In this document: one piece after another, positions 19,246 through 29,136 of the stretch | Layout: every line of letters begins with the position of its first letter | How positions within the stretch are numbered: position 1 is the first letter of the stretch | From: a virus | DNA length: 64,000 nt | Virus record (IMG/VR): IMGVR_UViG_3300037557_000128 | Coordinates: 1-64,000 of that record | Direction: 5' to 3' (one strand) | Position numbers and translations under genes: made by a program | The notes under the pieces: model-generated | Databases searched by the model: none | What the model was told of the DNA's origin: nothing | What the model saw: the letters and a program-made list of their open reading frames with translations, nothing else

Positions 19246-19451
19246 GATGTTATCCTATCTAATTCGTCCATAGTTTTAGTTTTATCCAGTAGTGTTACTT
19301 CGAAGGTATCCAATACTGTATCATATTCTACTAGGTGTGGAATTTCTACACCTTTAGAAGATGCAATATCCACCTTTTGAGTAAATGTCCTGTAGTCTTC
19401 ACTGGACAATACTGCAGTTATATTTGTCATATTATTATATTCAATTTCCAT
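19242..19451 (-). CDS. hypothetical protein
   Basis: ORF in operon. Confidence 0.55.
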   Translation of the reverse strand: MEIEYNNMTNITAVLSSEDYRTFTQKVDIASSKGVEIPHLVEYDTVLDTFEVTLLDKTKTMDELDRITS

Positions 19452-19452
19452 T

Positions 19453-21891
19453 TTACGCTATCTCCTTTATAAATTCGTTAGTCAAGAACCTTGAAGTGGT
19501 TTTTGACTTTTGGTTTCTTTTGAACGCACCCAAAAGTTTTCTTTTGCTTGCACCTACTAAGTCATCGTCTAACTCTGAATCACCTGCAACACTAAGTGCA
19601 GTAGATGAAGTTAGGAACAACTTGTTATATCCTAGACAATTTACTGCAACACCTTCTTTTCTGATTGCTCTCCAAGTGGAGTCAATGTCCATTGTAGGTA
19701 AGTTGTATTTCATGTCCCAAAGGTCTTGTTTTCTACCCAAGACAAAGTATCCAGTAACAATACAATTAGTCTCTGCAGAAATCCACTCTAGGATATTCTG
19801 AGTTTGATTAAATGAACTATTACCACTACAGTCTGAATCGTAGTAAATGTAAGACTTGTTATGATATGGGTCAATCAAGTATCTTTTCTTTCTGCTTCTC
19901 CAATAACCATCATCACCATCTTGTTGTTCTCTAATTTCTTCATACTCTGTATCTGATTCTCTAAAACATTGAGACCTATGTGAATACCCGTCCGTGATTA
20001 CAGTCAAGATTGATTTCTCGATACCGTACTCTGCTGTAAATTCGGGGATTAAAACTCTCATTGCAGCTAGTGTATGGTCAAGAGGTGTACCGCCTAAGTG
20101 GTATCCTCTAGGTTCCCAGTATCTAGGCATATCATACCAATGACCAGTATCGGGGTCGTATTCTAAGTGGTCTATATCACCATACCATTCGTTATGTGCC
20201 TCAACTACCTTTTCAAAACTTCTGTACCTTCTACTTTCCCAGTAGTGGTGACTCCACAAGTGTGAAAAGTTAACGTGTGCTTTTATAAAATCTTTTGAAG
20301 ACTGTTTATCACTAAACATTTCGACCAATCTAGTTTCACCACTTTTCCATTCATCGGGGTCTTCATTGCCAGTCTGATATGCATCAGTAAACAAGTAAAC
20401 TCTATGTGGTATTTGAACCTTCCTGCAGAAGTCAACAAGAATCATGCATTGTTCGATAAGGTCTGAAGCCTCTCTGCAGATTGAACCACTCCAATCCAAC
20501 ATGATTTGTATCCCATGATTTTTACCATCAGGAATCATTGTAACTTTTCTGAAAATGTCATCAACGATTTGGTATTTTGCAAGTTTGTTCATATCTAACT
20601 TACCAGTTTTACCTTCAAACGCTTTAACACTTCTCATTGCAGTTTGTTTCATTTCAAATTCTTTTGCCATGTGAGCGACAACTTTTTTATTTTTATCTCT
20701 TAATTTTCTAGAAGTATGTTGTGCTTTTGCTAACATTGTATCATATTCTTCTTGGTTTCTATAAGAGTTTTCTAAATTAGGATTCCAATGTAAATCCCAG
20801 TCTTTATTAACACTTTTGTAACCAACGACTATGCCTTTAAAATGGTTTTCTTTTTCAAATTGTTCTTTTAAAAGAAGTGTTGAAGAGTAAATGTTGTCTT
20901 CTGAAAGGAATTGTTCTTCGTTGTTATGTGCATGATGTTCAGTGATTGATTCTCTCGCACCCTCTTCATCATCATAAGAACCTTCCCATTCCTGAGAATT
21001 TCCACCCTCTCTTCCAGTAGTTTTCCTATTTTTATTTGAAGAGTCTTCACCTTCTCCACCTTCTGAATCAGCGTCTGATTCTGCTTCATCTTCTGCATTA
21101 TCATCTTCTGCAGGGTCTCCAGCAGAAGAATCGGTAGGTGGAGTATCGGGAAGACTATCGTCCTCATCATCATCTTCTATAGGATTATCACCTTCACCAA
21201 AATCATCATTATCAGAAGAATCCTCTCCGAAGTCTCCATCATCAGAATCCATTTCTTCACCATCTTCATCTTCCATGTCAGGCATATCTAAAGTCTGAGG
21301 AATAATTGACTTGTCCATTTCGTCTCTAGTCTCATTTTCTTTAGACCATTCGTAAATCGCATTTGCACACTCTTCAACCTCGTCCCAAGTTTTACAGTCT
21401 TCTGCCATTTGAAGAAAACTTGCCTCTTCTGAGTTAAGTGTGATTTTTACTCTTGAACCAACTTTAGTAATCAAGTTGATTTTATCAATAAGTGATAGAC
21501 CGTTAACGTCTTTAGATTTAATTCCAAAGAAGTCCAGTCCCATTAATTCGTTATATGCCTTGAAGAATGACTTCCTAAGGCCAGGATATTTGTTTTTAAT
21601 TGCTTTCTCAATCCTTACGTCTTCAACAACGTTAAGGTATCCTTTAAGTGTTCTATTTTTAGTCAATGCAGAATGAACACCTTCATATGGCGTATTCAAT
21701 GCATGACCAACCTCATGACCCATAAACAAGTCATAAAGTTCATCTGATAAATCGTCCTTAAATATAGGGCAACAAAGAATCCTATTTTTCATATCAAAAT
21801 ATGCAGTAGGAACCTTCTTATGAACTATAGTAAGGTTTTCGGTTGCCATTAACTTGGCAAGTTGGTCTTTTTGAGTCTTTTTATTTGTCAT
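19453..21891 (-). CDS. CobT-like protein: HEXXH peptidase domain, acidic linker, VWA domain
   Basis: GHEVGHAL, NVVEDVRIE, D/E-rich linker, MIDAS LDWSGS, GGTPL, ITDG. Confidence 0.88.
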   Translation of the reverse strand: MTNKKTQKDQLAKLMATENLTIVHKKVPTAYFDMKNRILCCPIFKDDLSDELYDLFMGHEVGHALNTPYEGVHSALTKNRTLKGYLNVVEDVRIEKAIKNKYPGLRKSFFKAYNELMGLDFFGIKSKDVNGLSLIDKINLITKVGSRVKITLNSEEASFLQMAEDCKTWDEVEECANAIYEWSKENETRDEMDKSIIPQTLDMPDMEDEDGEEMDSDDGDFGEDSSDNDDFGEGDNPIEDDDEDDSLPDTPPTDSSAGDPAEDDNAEDEAESDADSEGGEGEDSSNKNRKTTGREGGNSQEWEGSYDDEEGARESITEHHAHNNEEQFLSEDNIYSSTLLLKEQFEKENHFKGIVVGYKSVNKDWDLHWNPNLENSYRNQEEYDTMLAKAQHTSRKLRDKNKKVVAHMAKEFEMKQTAMRSVKAFEGKTGKLDMNKLAKYQIVDDIFRKVTMIPDGKNHGIQIMLDWSGSICREASDLIEQCMILVDFCRKVQIPHRVYLFTDAYQTGNEDPDEWKSGETRLVEMFSDKQSSKDFIKAHVNFSHLWSHHYWESRRYRSFEKVVEAHNEWYGDIDHLEYDPDTGHWYDMPRYWEPRGYHLGGTPLDHTLAAMRVLIPEFTAEYGIEKSILTVITDGYSHRSQCFRESDTEYEEIREQQDGDDGYWRSRKKRYLIDPYHNKSYIYYDSDCSGNSSFNQTQNILEWISAETNCIVTGYFVLGRKQDLWDMKYNLPTMDIDSTWRAIRKEGVAVNCLGYNKLFLTSSTALSVAGDSELDDDLVGASKRKLLGAFKRNQKSKTTSRFLTNEFIKEIA

Positions 21892-21897
21892 GGTTAT

Positions 21898-21929
21898 AGC
21901 TTAACAAAAAAGCGTATGCATTGTCAAGC
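21898..21929 (-). promoter_or_regulatory. early promoter, copy 2
   Basis: GCTTGACA-N18-TAAGCT. Confidence 0.85.
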
Positions 21930-21930
21930 A

Positions 21931-22134
21931 TCACCTTTTTAATGTTATGAATTTTCTCCTTGATTTTGAGAATAGTGTGGACGGTTTGGAATAGAATATC
22001 TCTTCCTTAGTCCCTGTTTTGATATATCCAATATTCTGTTTTTTCTCATTGAATATGTAAGTGTGATTGGGTACTTTGTGTTCACCCCAATCCGTGATTT
22101 CTTTAAGATAACTATACATTAAATTGCGAACCAA
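21931..22134 (-). CDS. early hypothetical protein
   Basis: KEITDW...PNHTY...FSKSRRKF. Confidence 0.7.
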   Translation of the reverse strand: MVRNLMYSYLKEITDWGEHKVPNHTYIFNEKKQNIGYIKTGTKEEIFYSKPSTLFSKSRRKFITLKR

Positions 22135-22337
22135 TCGTCAAAATTGTTGTAGATTTGGTCGGTTAGAATCGTTCTTGCATAATCCACGATGTTTGCACCG
22201 TGAGCTGAATCACCAGTGAATTTTGACACTTTGGTCAAGTTTGCTGGATTTAGTTTGGATACTACGTCCACATCGGACATAGCTGCGACATCATCAATGA
22301 TTCCATCTATTATCGCATCGTTTATTGGGTTTGACAT
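22119..22337 (-). CDS. early hypothetical protein
   Basis: AGGAG Shine-Dalgarno; downstream of an early promoter. Confidence 0.7.
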   Translation of the reverse strand: MSNPINDAIIDGIIDDVAAMSDVDVVSKLNPANLTKVSKFTGDSAHGANIVDYARTILTDQIYNNFDDWFAI

Positions 22338-22368
22338 ATTTTCTCCTATTTCTTTACTTTATGTTAAT

Positions 22369-22400
22369 AGCTTAACATAAAACAGGAGTCGTTGTCAAGC
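22369..22400 (-). promoter_or_regulatory. early promoter, copy 3
   Basis: GCTTGACA-N18-TAAGCT. Confidence 0.85.
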
Positions 22401-22401
22401 T

Positions 22402-23004
22402 TTAATTTTCGTTGCGAATTGAGATTTTGTCTATTTCTAGGTTGTTGGTGCGTTGATCTGAAGAAATCATATCAGGGTTTTCAGTGAACCACATTGCGAT
22501 TGTGTGTCTGGCACATCTTCGAACTGGATATACTCCATGAGAATGATATAATCCTTGAAATAGGATTCCTTCACACGCAGTAGGTTTGTGTATATAATCT
22601 TGGTCGGGAAAATAGGTCTCTCCACTACCATAATTAGAATTAAGTGTTAATATAAGTGTCCATTCACGACTTGGTTTCTCTTCTTTTTGGTCGTGGTTTA
22701 TTTCTGCATTTGAGTAAGTGTCTAAGTGTGGCTCTTGAAGACCACCAATATCCCACTCATTGAGTGCTGACATTTCGGGATATACTACTTGGTCTGTTTC
22801 TTTATAAATTTCTGCGACACTTCGATATGCAATTCTATTGAATATATCTCTAACCCATTGGGTTTGAATGTGTATTAGGTCTATTGCACGGTAATCTGAA
22901 CCGTCTCCAATACTACGCTTGTGCTTGTGTGTCTGATGATAATACATCAGATTGTTCGCTTCCTGACTCGACACTAAGTTCTGAATCGGAATTAGATTGA
23001 ACAT
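22402..23004 (-). CDS. 2OG-Fe(II) oxygenase (prolyl-hydroxylase-like)
   Basis: HLD...LN.NY..GE..F...HGV......R. Confidence 0.85.
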   Translation of the reverse strand: MFNLIPIQNLVSSQEANNLMYYHQTHKHKRSIGDGSDYRAIDLIHIQTQWVRDIFNRIAYRSVAEIYKETDQVVYPEMSALNEWDIGGLQEPHLDTYSNAEINHDQKEEKPSREWTLILTLNSNYGSGETYFPDQDYIHKPTACEGILFQGLYHSHGVYPVRRCARHTIAMWFTENPDMISSDQRTNNLEIDKISIRNEN

Positions 23005-23539
23005 TTTGGATGTATTTTGCAAGTGCTTGTCTTTTTTCATACTCTATTCGTTTCCGTCTTTCTTTTGGACGTGATTTCAATGCACGTTCTAATTTCATTT
23101 TTGATGCACGTTGGAGAAATACTATTCCATTCAAATGGTCTATTTCATGTTGAACACATCTTGCACCTAATCCGTCAAGTGAAGTTATGTGTTCTTTTCC
23201 GTCTGCATCGAAGTATTTCATTTCTACTACTTTACTTCTCTTTATCATAAGGTATATATCGGGGAATGATAAACACCCTTCTTTGAGTAGGTCTGTTTCT
23301 TGTGAAATTCTAGTGAGTTCAGGATTGAAAAATCCTTGTATGCCGTCTTGGGTTCTCATTACAAACATTCTGACATCTACCCCAACTTGATTTGCACTTA
23401 GTCCAAGACCACCAAATTTTTTCATCGCTTCTGAGAGGTCTTTTTCTACTTCTTTTGGGTCGTGAGTTGGGTTTTCAAAATCAAACTCCAACGGTGGGGT
23501 TCTTAAAACCTTAGCGGCTTCTTTTACTAATTGATACAT
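22913..23539 (-). CDS. def: peptide deformylase
   Basis: GLGLSANQVG, EGCLSFP, QHEIDHLNG. Confidence 0.95.
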   Translation of the reverse strand: MYQLVKEAAKVLRTPPLEFDFENPTHDPKEVEKDLSEAMKKFGGLGLSANQVGVDVRMFVMRTQDGIQGFFNPELTRISQETDLLKEGCLSFPDIYLMIKRSKVVEMKYFDADGKEHITSLDGLGARCVQHEIDHLNGIVFLQRASKMKLERALKSRPKERRKRIEYEKRQALAKYIQNVQSNSDSELSVESGSEQSDVLSSDTQAQA

Positions 23540-23541
23540 TA

Positions 23542-24684
23542 TTATCTATTTACTACTCCACTATATTGTAATTTTAACATACTAAACTGTGCTAATCTTC
23601 CTAGTTTTGCGAGTGCTTTTCCTTCTCTAACTCCTGCATCACTTCTGATTGTCATTTTTAATTTTTTCATTTCATCAGGCGTATCTAAATCTATAAACCA
23701 TTCTTGAACAGAACTTTTATTTAGATATGCTTTAAAACTTGTTACTAGTGGTAATAGTGATGCAAGGTCATCACCTTTTTGTTCTGCAGTTGACCCAACT
23801 GCTTTTACTAATATTAGTGGAACTTTTGCAGGTTTTTGTAGATTAAAGTTTTCATAAACCCACTTTTTAAACTCTTCTAACTTTAAACTGTTTATTGCTT
23901 TACAAACGTGTTCTCTCTGTATTCTTACCATAGCCGCATACAAATTATTTGCTTCTGTTTCATTTTGAATATGCAAATCTAAATATAATTGTCTAACATT
24001 TGCAGTTATTTTTCGGTCTCCTGATGCATAATTACCTTTGTTTGCAACAGTTTCTATGTTTGGTATTTTAGAATAAACTCCGTCCCACAAATCATTCATC
24101 ATTCCTTTTAGTGCATCTCCCTTTCCCATGTTATTAAGTTGAGTTCTAACATAAGAGTTCAATAAAGGTTCTTTAGATGATTTTGTTCCTGCTTTTAATG
24201 AGATACCTAATATCTCATTGCCTTTAAAGAATACAAAAATATCTCCTGCATGACCACTAGGAACTCCACTTGGTTTTGCACGATAACCCCACACAACTTT
24301 TGATATTGGTTTTGTTGAACTTAGGTCATAAAGATAGTTTGTAATTCCTATTGCATTTTCTAGTTTTGTTTTTACAAACCTTTGTTCCATACTAGGAAGT
24401 CTTTCTATGAGAGATTCAGCCGCAGGTACATCTGCTGGAGCACAAGCTTTAGAATACGAACCCTTTTTCAGTTTATAAATGAATTTTTTAAAATCCTCTA
24501 CACTACTGGGTCTAAATCCTTTGTTAAATGCTATTGCAGGAAATAACTCTGTTATAGATGCGTTATCTGTAGTCGCACCCATACCCTCAACAAGTTCATT
24601 AATTACTTCTTTAGTAGATGTTGTAACATACTCCAACTTGGGTTTGTTAATTAGGTTGTCTCTGTGTTCTAAAAATGATTTCAT
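23542..24684 (-). CDS. hypothetical protein, possible PD-(D/E)xK nuclease with a capsid-targeting-like N-terminus
   Basis: AGDIFV...GISLK; starts MKSFLEH. Confidence 0.5.
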   Translation of the reverse strand: MKSFLEHRDNLINKPKLEYVTTSTKEVINELVEGMGATTDNASITELFPAIAFNKGFRPSSVEDFKKFIYKLKKGSYSKACAPADVPAAESLIERLPSMEQRFVKTKLENAIGITNYLYDLSSTKPISKVVWGYRAKPSGVPSGHAGDIFVFFKGNEILGISLKAGTKSSKEPLLNSYVRTQLNNMGKGDALKGMMNDLWDGVYSKIPNIETVANKGNYASGDRKITANVRQLYLDLHIQNETEANNLYAAMVRIQREHVCKAINSLKLEEFKKWVYENFNLQKPAKVPLILVKAVGSTAEQKGDDLASLLPLVTSFKAYLNKSSVQEWFIDLDTPDEMKKLKMTIRSDAGVREGKALAKLGRLAQFSMLKLQYSGVVNR

Positions 24685-25226
24685 TAGTTCATAAAGACTG
24701 CTAGCATTAATCCGCTATCATTTTTGTCTGTTCCAAATGTTGCTGGTTTTACTCTGTGTGCGTGAACATGGTCAAATAGAACTAAATCGTTTTGAGATAA
24801 AGTAACCTCTTCGATTATTGATGCTCCATCTAGGTCATCATCATAAAATTCTAATATATTATTTGTTGGACACAACCATAAAATAGCTACATGAGTTGGT
24901 TTAAAGTCTGGCTCAAATCCTGTATGAATATCATAATGAACTGCTGGTTCAGTGGTACTTTTTAGATAGAATTGACAATATGCCACATGATTAGTTACTG
25001 TATGACCTTGACCTTCTGTAATAGAAATTACTTCATCTATTGCATCTTTTATTTCTCCTGAAGAAGGAGTTAAATTTGTTGTTCCAAGATATGTATTAGG
25101 AGCTGCCCACTCTAAATCTTCCTTTGTTTCAGGGTGTCCAGTTCTCTCGTTATAGTCTAAAGCCAACGCTTCAGTTCTTAATGCTGTTGGATTTGAATGT
25201 GTATTTGATTTGGTATGTAGTTTCAT
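24684..25226 (-). CDS. 2OG-Fe(II) oxygenase-like protein
   Basis: VHYD...AILWL...NDLVLFD...AHR. Confidence 0.65.
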   Translation of the reverse strand: MKLHTKSNTHSNPTALRTEALALDYNERTGHPETKEDLEWAAPNTYLGTTNLTPSSGEIKDAIDEVISITEGQGHTVTNHVAYCQFYLKSTTEPAVHYDIHTGFEPDFKPTHVAILWLCPTNNILEFYDDDLDGASIIEEVTLSQNDLVLFDHVHAHRVKPATFGTDKNDSGLMLAVFMN

Positions 25227-25238
25227 AATACTATTTAT

Positions 25239-26954
25239 CTATTCTGCGAGCCTTGAGAAGTTTTTATATTTCTCGAATCGTAATACATTGTTAAATTTGT
25301 CATAGAGTGCTTCTCCTTTATGGCTTATAATAAATGCATTAGTCCTTTCCGTCAAGGTGTTAAGTAATTTTAAGAAATCGTCTGTTCCTGCAACGTCCAG
25401 TGAAGAATCGAACACTTCGTCCAGTATCAGTAGGTTAGTGTTAACTGAGTTCTTCATTCTTGCGATTGCTCTCCATGTAAACAATAGTGATAAATCAATT
25501 CTCATTTTCTCACCTTGCGAGAAGTTATCGTATTTAAATACGTCTCTGAATCTTGACTTGATTGTTTCTTCGAATGATTCATTCAATTCAAATCCGACAT
25601 AAAACTCTAATTGTGCGAGATACTTGTTAATCATGTTATTCATGACTGGAACGTATTGTTTAATAATCTTTTGCTTCACGCCTTGGTCTCGTAGGAGTGT
25701 ACCTGCAATGTCAAAGTAATGTGCTTGGTCTATCAACGATTCCTTTTTAGATAATAAAATATTTAACTTCTCTTCATTATCAATCATTTTCTCTGAAGTA
25801 TCACCGTTATCCGTACCTTCTATTTGAAGGTCTTCAATCTCACTCTGAAGTTTAGTAATATATTTTTGGTTGGATACAACCTCTGTTTGGATTACTCCGA
25901 TTTGTTTTTGGAGACTTTCGATTGCAGTGGAGACCTCATTGATTCTGGCAATGCGTTCCTCAGATTTTCCGATTGTGGTAAGTAGTTGTTCGAGTCCTGC
26001 AACCAGTTCACCCTTCTTCGCCTGCTTCTCTGCAACATGATTCTTTTTGTGTGCTTCATCTATACCCTGCTTACAAGTTGGACAATTGTCATGATTTTCG
26101 TAGAATTTTATTTCTTCTAAAACTGTTTTCTTTTTACTTTCTAACTGTTTGTATAAATCTTTTGCTTCTTTGAAACGATTCTCAATCGTGTCTTGGTCTG
26201 ATATAGTAGACCGTCTTTCTTCTATATCATTGGTCTTTTCATCGACCTTTCCTATCAATTCTTCTATGTTTGTCTGAGTTTCTTGTATAGATTCTTCGAA
26301 TTTCTTAATCTTCTTTTCACGGTTTTCTTGAAGTGCAACCATCTGATTAGACAATCCACTGATTCTCTCTTCCATAATATTTATCTCATGGTTGGTCTCA
26401 CGGACTTGTTCTTGATGTGTCGATACTCTCTGTCTTAATATATCCTGCATGGTGGAAAAGATACTAATATCCAATAAGTCTTCAACCAGTTTCCTTCTGT
26501 CTGTAGCTTTTAACTGCATGAATGGAGTAAAGTTTGCACTTCCTAAAATCGCAACCTGCGTGAATGAACGATAGTTCATTTTAAGAATATGTTTCTCTAG
26601 GTTTTCTTGGTAGTCTCTGACCGTTGCATTCTGATTAAGTAAATCACCGTCAAGATAGATTTCAAAAATGTTTGGTTTTGCACCACGAATAACTTTGTAG
26701 TTTTTTTGACCAACAGAAAATTCTATTTCTACTAATAATGCTTTCTCGTTTACACTATTAATAAGTAAATCTTTTTTTAGATTCCTAAATCCACGTCCAT
26801 ACAATCCGAAACATAATGCATCGAGTAGTGTGGATTTACCTGCACCATTCTCTCCTAGAATCAATGTGGTTTGGTGCGAGTTTAGTTCTATTTCGGTAAA
26901 ATTATTTCCCGATGATAGTAAGTTTTTCCATCTAATCTTTTCAAAATTTATCAT
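25239..26954 (-). CDS. gp46: recombination ATPase (Rad50/SbcC-like)
   Basis: GENGAGKST, CPTC hook, FSQGEK, LDEVFD. Confidence 0.97.
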   Translation of the reverse strand: MINFEKIRWKNLLSSGNNFTEIELNSHQTTLILGENGAGKSTLLDALCFGLYGRGFRNLKKDLLINSVNEKALLVEIEFSVGQKNYKVIRGAKPNIFEIYLDGDLLNQNATVRDYQENLEKHILKMNYRSFTQVAILGSANFTPFMQLKATDRRKLVEDLLDISIFSTMQDILRQRVSTHQEQVRETNHEINIMEERISGLSNQMVALQENREKKIKKFEESIQETQTNIEELIGKVDEKTNDIEERRSTISDQDTIENRFKEAKDLYKQLESKKKTVLEEIKFYENHDNCPTCKQGIDEAHKKNHVAEKQAKKGELVAGLEQLLTTIGKSEERIARINEVSTAIESLQKQIGVIQTEVVSNQKYITKLQSEIEDLQIEGTDNGDTSEKMIDNEEKLNILLSKKESLIDQAHYFDIAGTLLRDQGVKQKIIKQYVPVMNNMINKYLAQLEFYVGFELNESFEETIKSRFRDVFKYDNFSQGEKMRIDLSLLFTWRAIARMKNSVNTNLLILDEVFDSSLDVAGTDDFLKLLNTLTERTNAFIISHKGEALYDKFNNVLRFEKYKNFSRLAE

Positions 26955-28018
26955 AAAAAGGAATGTTCTTCTAATGCTTCATGATATAACGAAGTCATTA
27001 AATCGTCTAGGGGCTTTTTCTTACCCTGTATTTCTAATCCCTCAACGTATTTGGATAGAATAGTTAACGTGTCTTCAATGTCCTCAATATCATCGTCTCC
27101 AAAGAAGTCCATATGTTTGTTGTCGTCTACTACTTGTAAATGTAATGGATTTTGTGCGTGTACCTTGTCTAGGTATGCATCAAACCAATAAGGGTTGTCC
27201 TTATTAATAACAATAACTTTTACAAATTTACCTGCAATTGCAGAATAGTCTGCCTTCTGTATTTCTTCAAAAGAAGACTCTGTATCGTCATAAAATGCTT
27301 TATGAAACATTGTAATTGGATTATGTACTGGTGTAAGTTCTCTTGTCTCTGTATCAAAGATATGGAAGTATTTGTTGTCTCCAAAATCACCCCAAGTAAA
27401 TTCCATTTGACTTCCTAAGTATCTAATGTTTCCTAGTTCTGATTTATGGTGGAAGTGTCCACTTAGAACTTGCTCAAATCGTTTTACATAAGTGTAATCT
27501 AATCCATGTGGACAATTAAATCCAGGCATCATCATTGCACCTTCAAATTCAAAATGGCCCCAACATTGAGTAGCTTTAGAATTTAGAATAAATTCAACTG
27601 AGTCTGCGTAGTTTTCGGGATTAATCCAAGGCACTAGTGTAATTTCACAACCGTCATATTCCTTAGTAATAGGTTCTCCAATCACGTTAATATTGTTATC
27701 ACCAAATAAAAGAAGTTCGGGTGAGTTAACGTCATTTGTATTCTTATAATAAGTATCGTGATTACCCAAGATTAAATCCATTTCAATTCCTCTTTCAATC
27801 ATAGGGTCAATGAAATGTCTCTTGTTTGCTTGTAGTGATGCAAAATTAATAAACTTACGTCTATCAAAATAATCACCTAAGTGAACAATTTGTTTTATGT
27901 TGTGTTCGTCAAGATATGGAAAAAATACTTCTTCATAAAAACGTCCCATGTAATTAGACATTTCCACCATATCGGCACGGACTCCACAATGTGTGTCGTT
28001 TAGTATCGCAATCTTCAA
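26951..28018 (-). CDS. gp47: recombination nuclease (Mre11/SbcD-like)
   Basis: DTH, GDYFDRR, GNHD, SGHFH. Confidence 0.97.
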   Translation of the reverse strand: MKIAILNDTHCGVRADMVEMSNYMGRFYEEVFFPYLDEHNIKQIVHLGDYFDRRKFINFASLQANKRHFIDPMIERGIEMDLILGNHDTYYKNTNDVNSPELLLFGDNNINVIGEPITKEYDGCEITLVPWINPENYADSVEFILNSKATQCWGHFEFEGAMMMPGFNCPHGLDYTYVKRFEQVLSGHFHHKSELGNIRYLGSQMEFTWGDFGDNKYFHIFDTETRELTPVHNPITMFHKAFYDDTESSFEEIQKADYSAIAGKFVKVIVINKDNPYWFDAYLDKVHAQNPLHLQVVDDNKHMDFFGDDDIEDIEDTLTILSKYVEGLEIQGKKKPLDDLMTSLYHEALEEHSFL

Positions 28019-28020
28019 AA

Positions 28021-28602
28021 TTAAGTTTCTTTTGTTGGTTTAGAAGTCATTTGAGCTTCTAAAGTTCCAGTTTTTTTCTTAGTTGTTTTGGGTTTCTTTT
28101 TGGTTTTACGGGGTTCGTAATTGACGTGGTTCATATTCTCCTTTAACCATTCTACATTAGTATTGGTTAATGCAGGGTCATATTGACCATCAATGGTTTG
28201 GAACGATTCTAAGGAAACGTCCGATTCCATTATTGACTTTTGTTTAATGAAAACTTGTTTCTTTTCTTTCTGTATCCTTCTTAAGAAAGCATAGTAACAT
28301 ATCTGAGTCACATATGCGAATGCATTTGATGACTTTTCGATATTGAAGTTTCCAAGATACTGAATGCAGTTTTCAATTGCATCACAAATCATTTCATCTC
28401 TATAAGTGTAGTTGATGAAGTTGGGTCTTGTAGATAATCGAGTCGCAATTTTATATACGCACTCTCCTATGTACTCTGACATTCTAGGTGGAGAGTTATC
28501 TGCTTCTTTTGCCGCTTTAATTTTGTCTACATACTCGGCAACTGCAGCTGTGAATTCCTTATTATTAACGTAATGTTCAGGTTTCTTCTTTTCTATTTTC
28601 AT
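28021..28602 (-). CDS. gp55: late transcription sigma factor
   Basis: HYVNNKEF, RPNFINYTYRDEMI.DA.ENC, AFAY.TQI. Confidence 0.97.
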   Translation of the reverse strand: MKIEKKKPEHYVNNKEFTAAVAEYVDKIKAAKEADNSPPRMSEYIGECVYKIATRLSTRPNFINYTYRDEMICDAIENCIQYLGNFNIEKSSNAFAYVTQICYYAFLRRIQKEKKQVFIKQKSIMESDVSLESFQTIDGQYDPALTNTNVEWLKENMNHVNYEPRKTKKKPKTTKKKTGTLEAQMTSKPTKET

Positions 28603-28608
28603 GTCTCT

Positions 28609-28645
28609 ATTATACAGGGAATAGGTTGATTCTGTAAGGTGTTTT
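28609..28645 (-). promoter_or_regulatory. putative middle-type promoter for gp55
   Basis: AAAACACCTTACA-N18-TATAAT, then 6 nt, then the ATG. Confidence 0.65.
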
Positions 28646-28736
28646 ATAAATAAAAATAAATTTAATTATTTTCAAAAAACCCCTTTTAAAAATTAAAAAA
28701 GTATGAGATAATGCTTATGTCCCAAAGGGATAGAGC

Positions 28737-28874
28737 TTATAAAGGGATTGATACTACAATATTAGAATCAACATCTCTTCCCCTCGACAACTTGTCTATC
28801 ATACCAAATAAGAGCAACCCCATACTAATTGTAAGGGTTACTCCTATTATATAGTGTTGCTTTTTTAGGGGCAC
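28737..28874 (-). CDS. 45-aa membrane peptide (GTG start), missing from the ORF track
   Basis: MPLKKQHYIIGVTLTISMGLLLFGMIDKLSRGRDVDSNIVVSIPL; abuts the upstream stop. Confidence 0.45.
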   Translation of the reverse strand: MPLKKQHYIIGVTLTISMGLLLFGMIDKLSRGRDVDSNIVVSIPL

Positions 28875-29054
28875 CTAGAATCCTTGATAGGACAGGTACA
28901 TCACTAAGAATGGTAAGGCAAAAGGAAGAGTCAAGAGTACTAGAAATTCGATAATGTCGCATATCTTACAAAGGGAATCTTTCTTTGCAATTGAGTCTAC
29001 GACTTCTCTAGTTTTTCGCACCATGCTCTTCGCAACTAAGATTGCTGTGGTCAT
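28875..29054 (-). CDS. 59-aa membrane protein, missing from the ORF track
   Basis: AGGA Shine-Dalgarno; MTTAILVAKSMVRKTREVVDSIAKKDSLCKICDIIEFLVLLTLPFALPFLVMYLSYQGF. Confidence 0.7.
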   Translation of the reverse strand: MTTAILVAKSMVRKTREVVDSIAKKDSLCKICDIIEFLVLLTLPFALPFLVMYLSYQGF

Positions 29055-29136
29055 GGTTTTCCTATAAACGTAATTTATGTTATATCATTCACAATATCAA
29101 TGAATGATTTCGCATTTATTTAGACAAGTATAAAGT

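Noticed and set aside
17360-21891. Cobalamin biosynthesis genes
   Set aside because: Phage CobS/CobT-like pairs are MoxR AAA+/VWA modules; no other cob genes are present.
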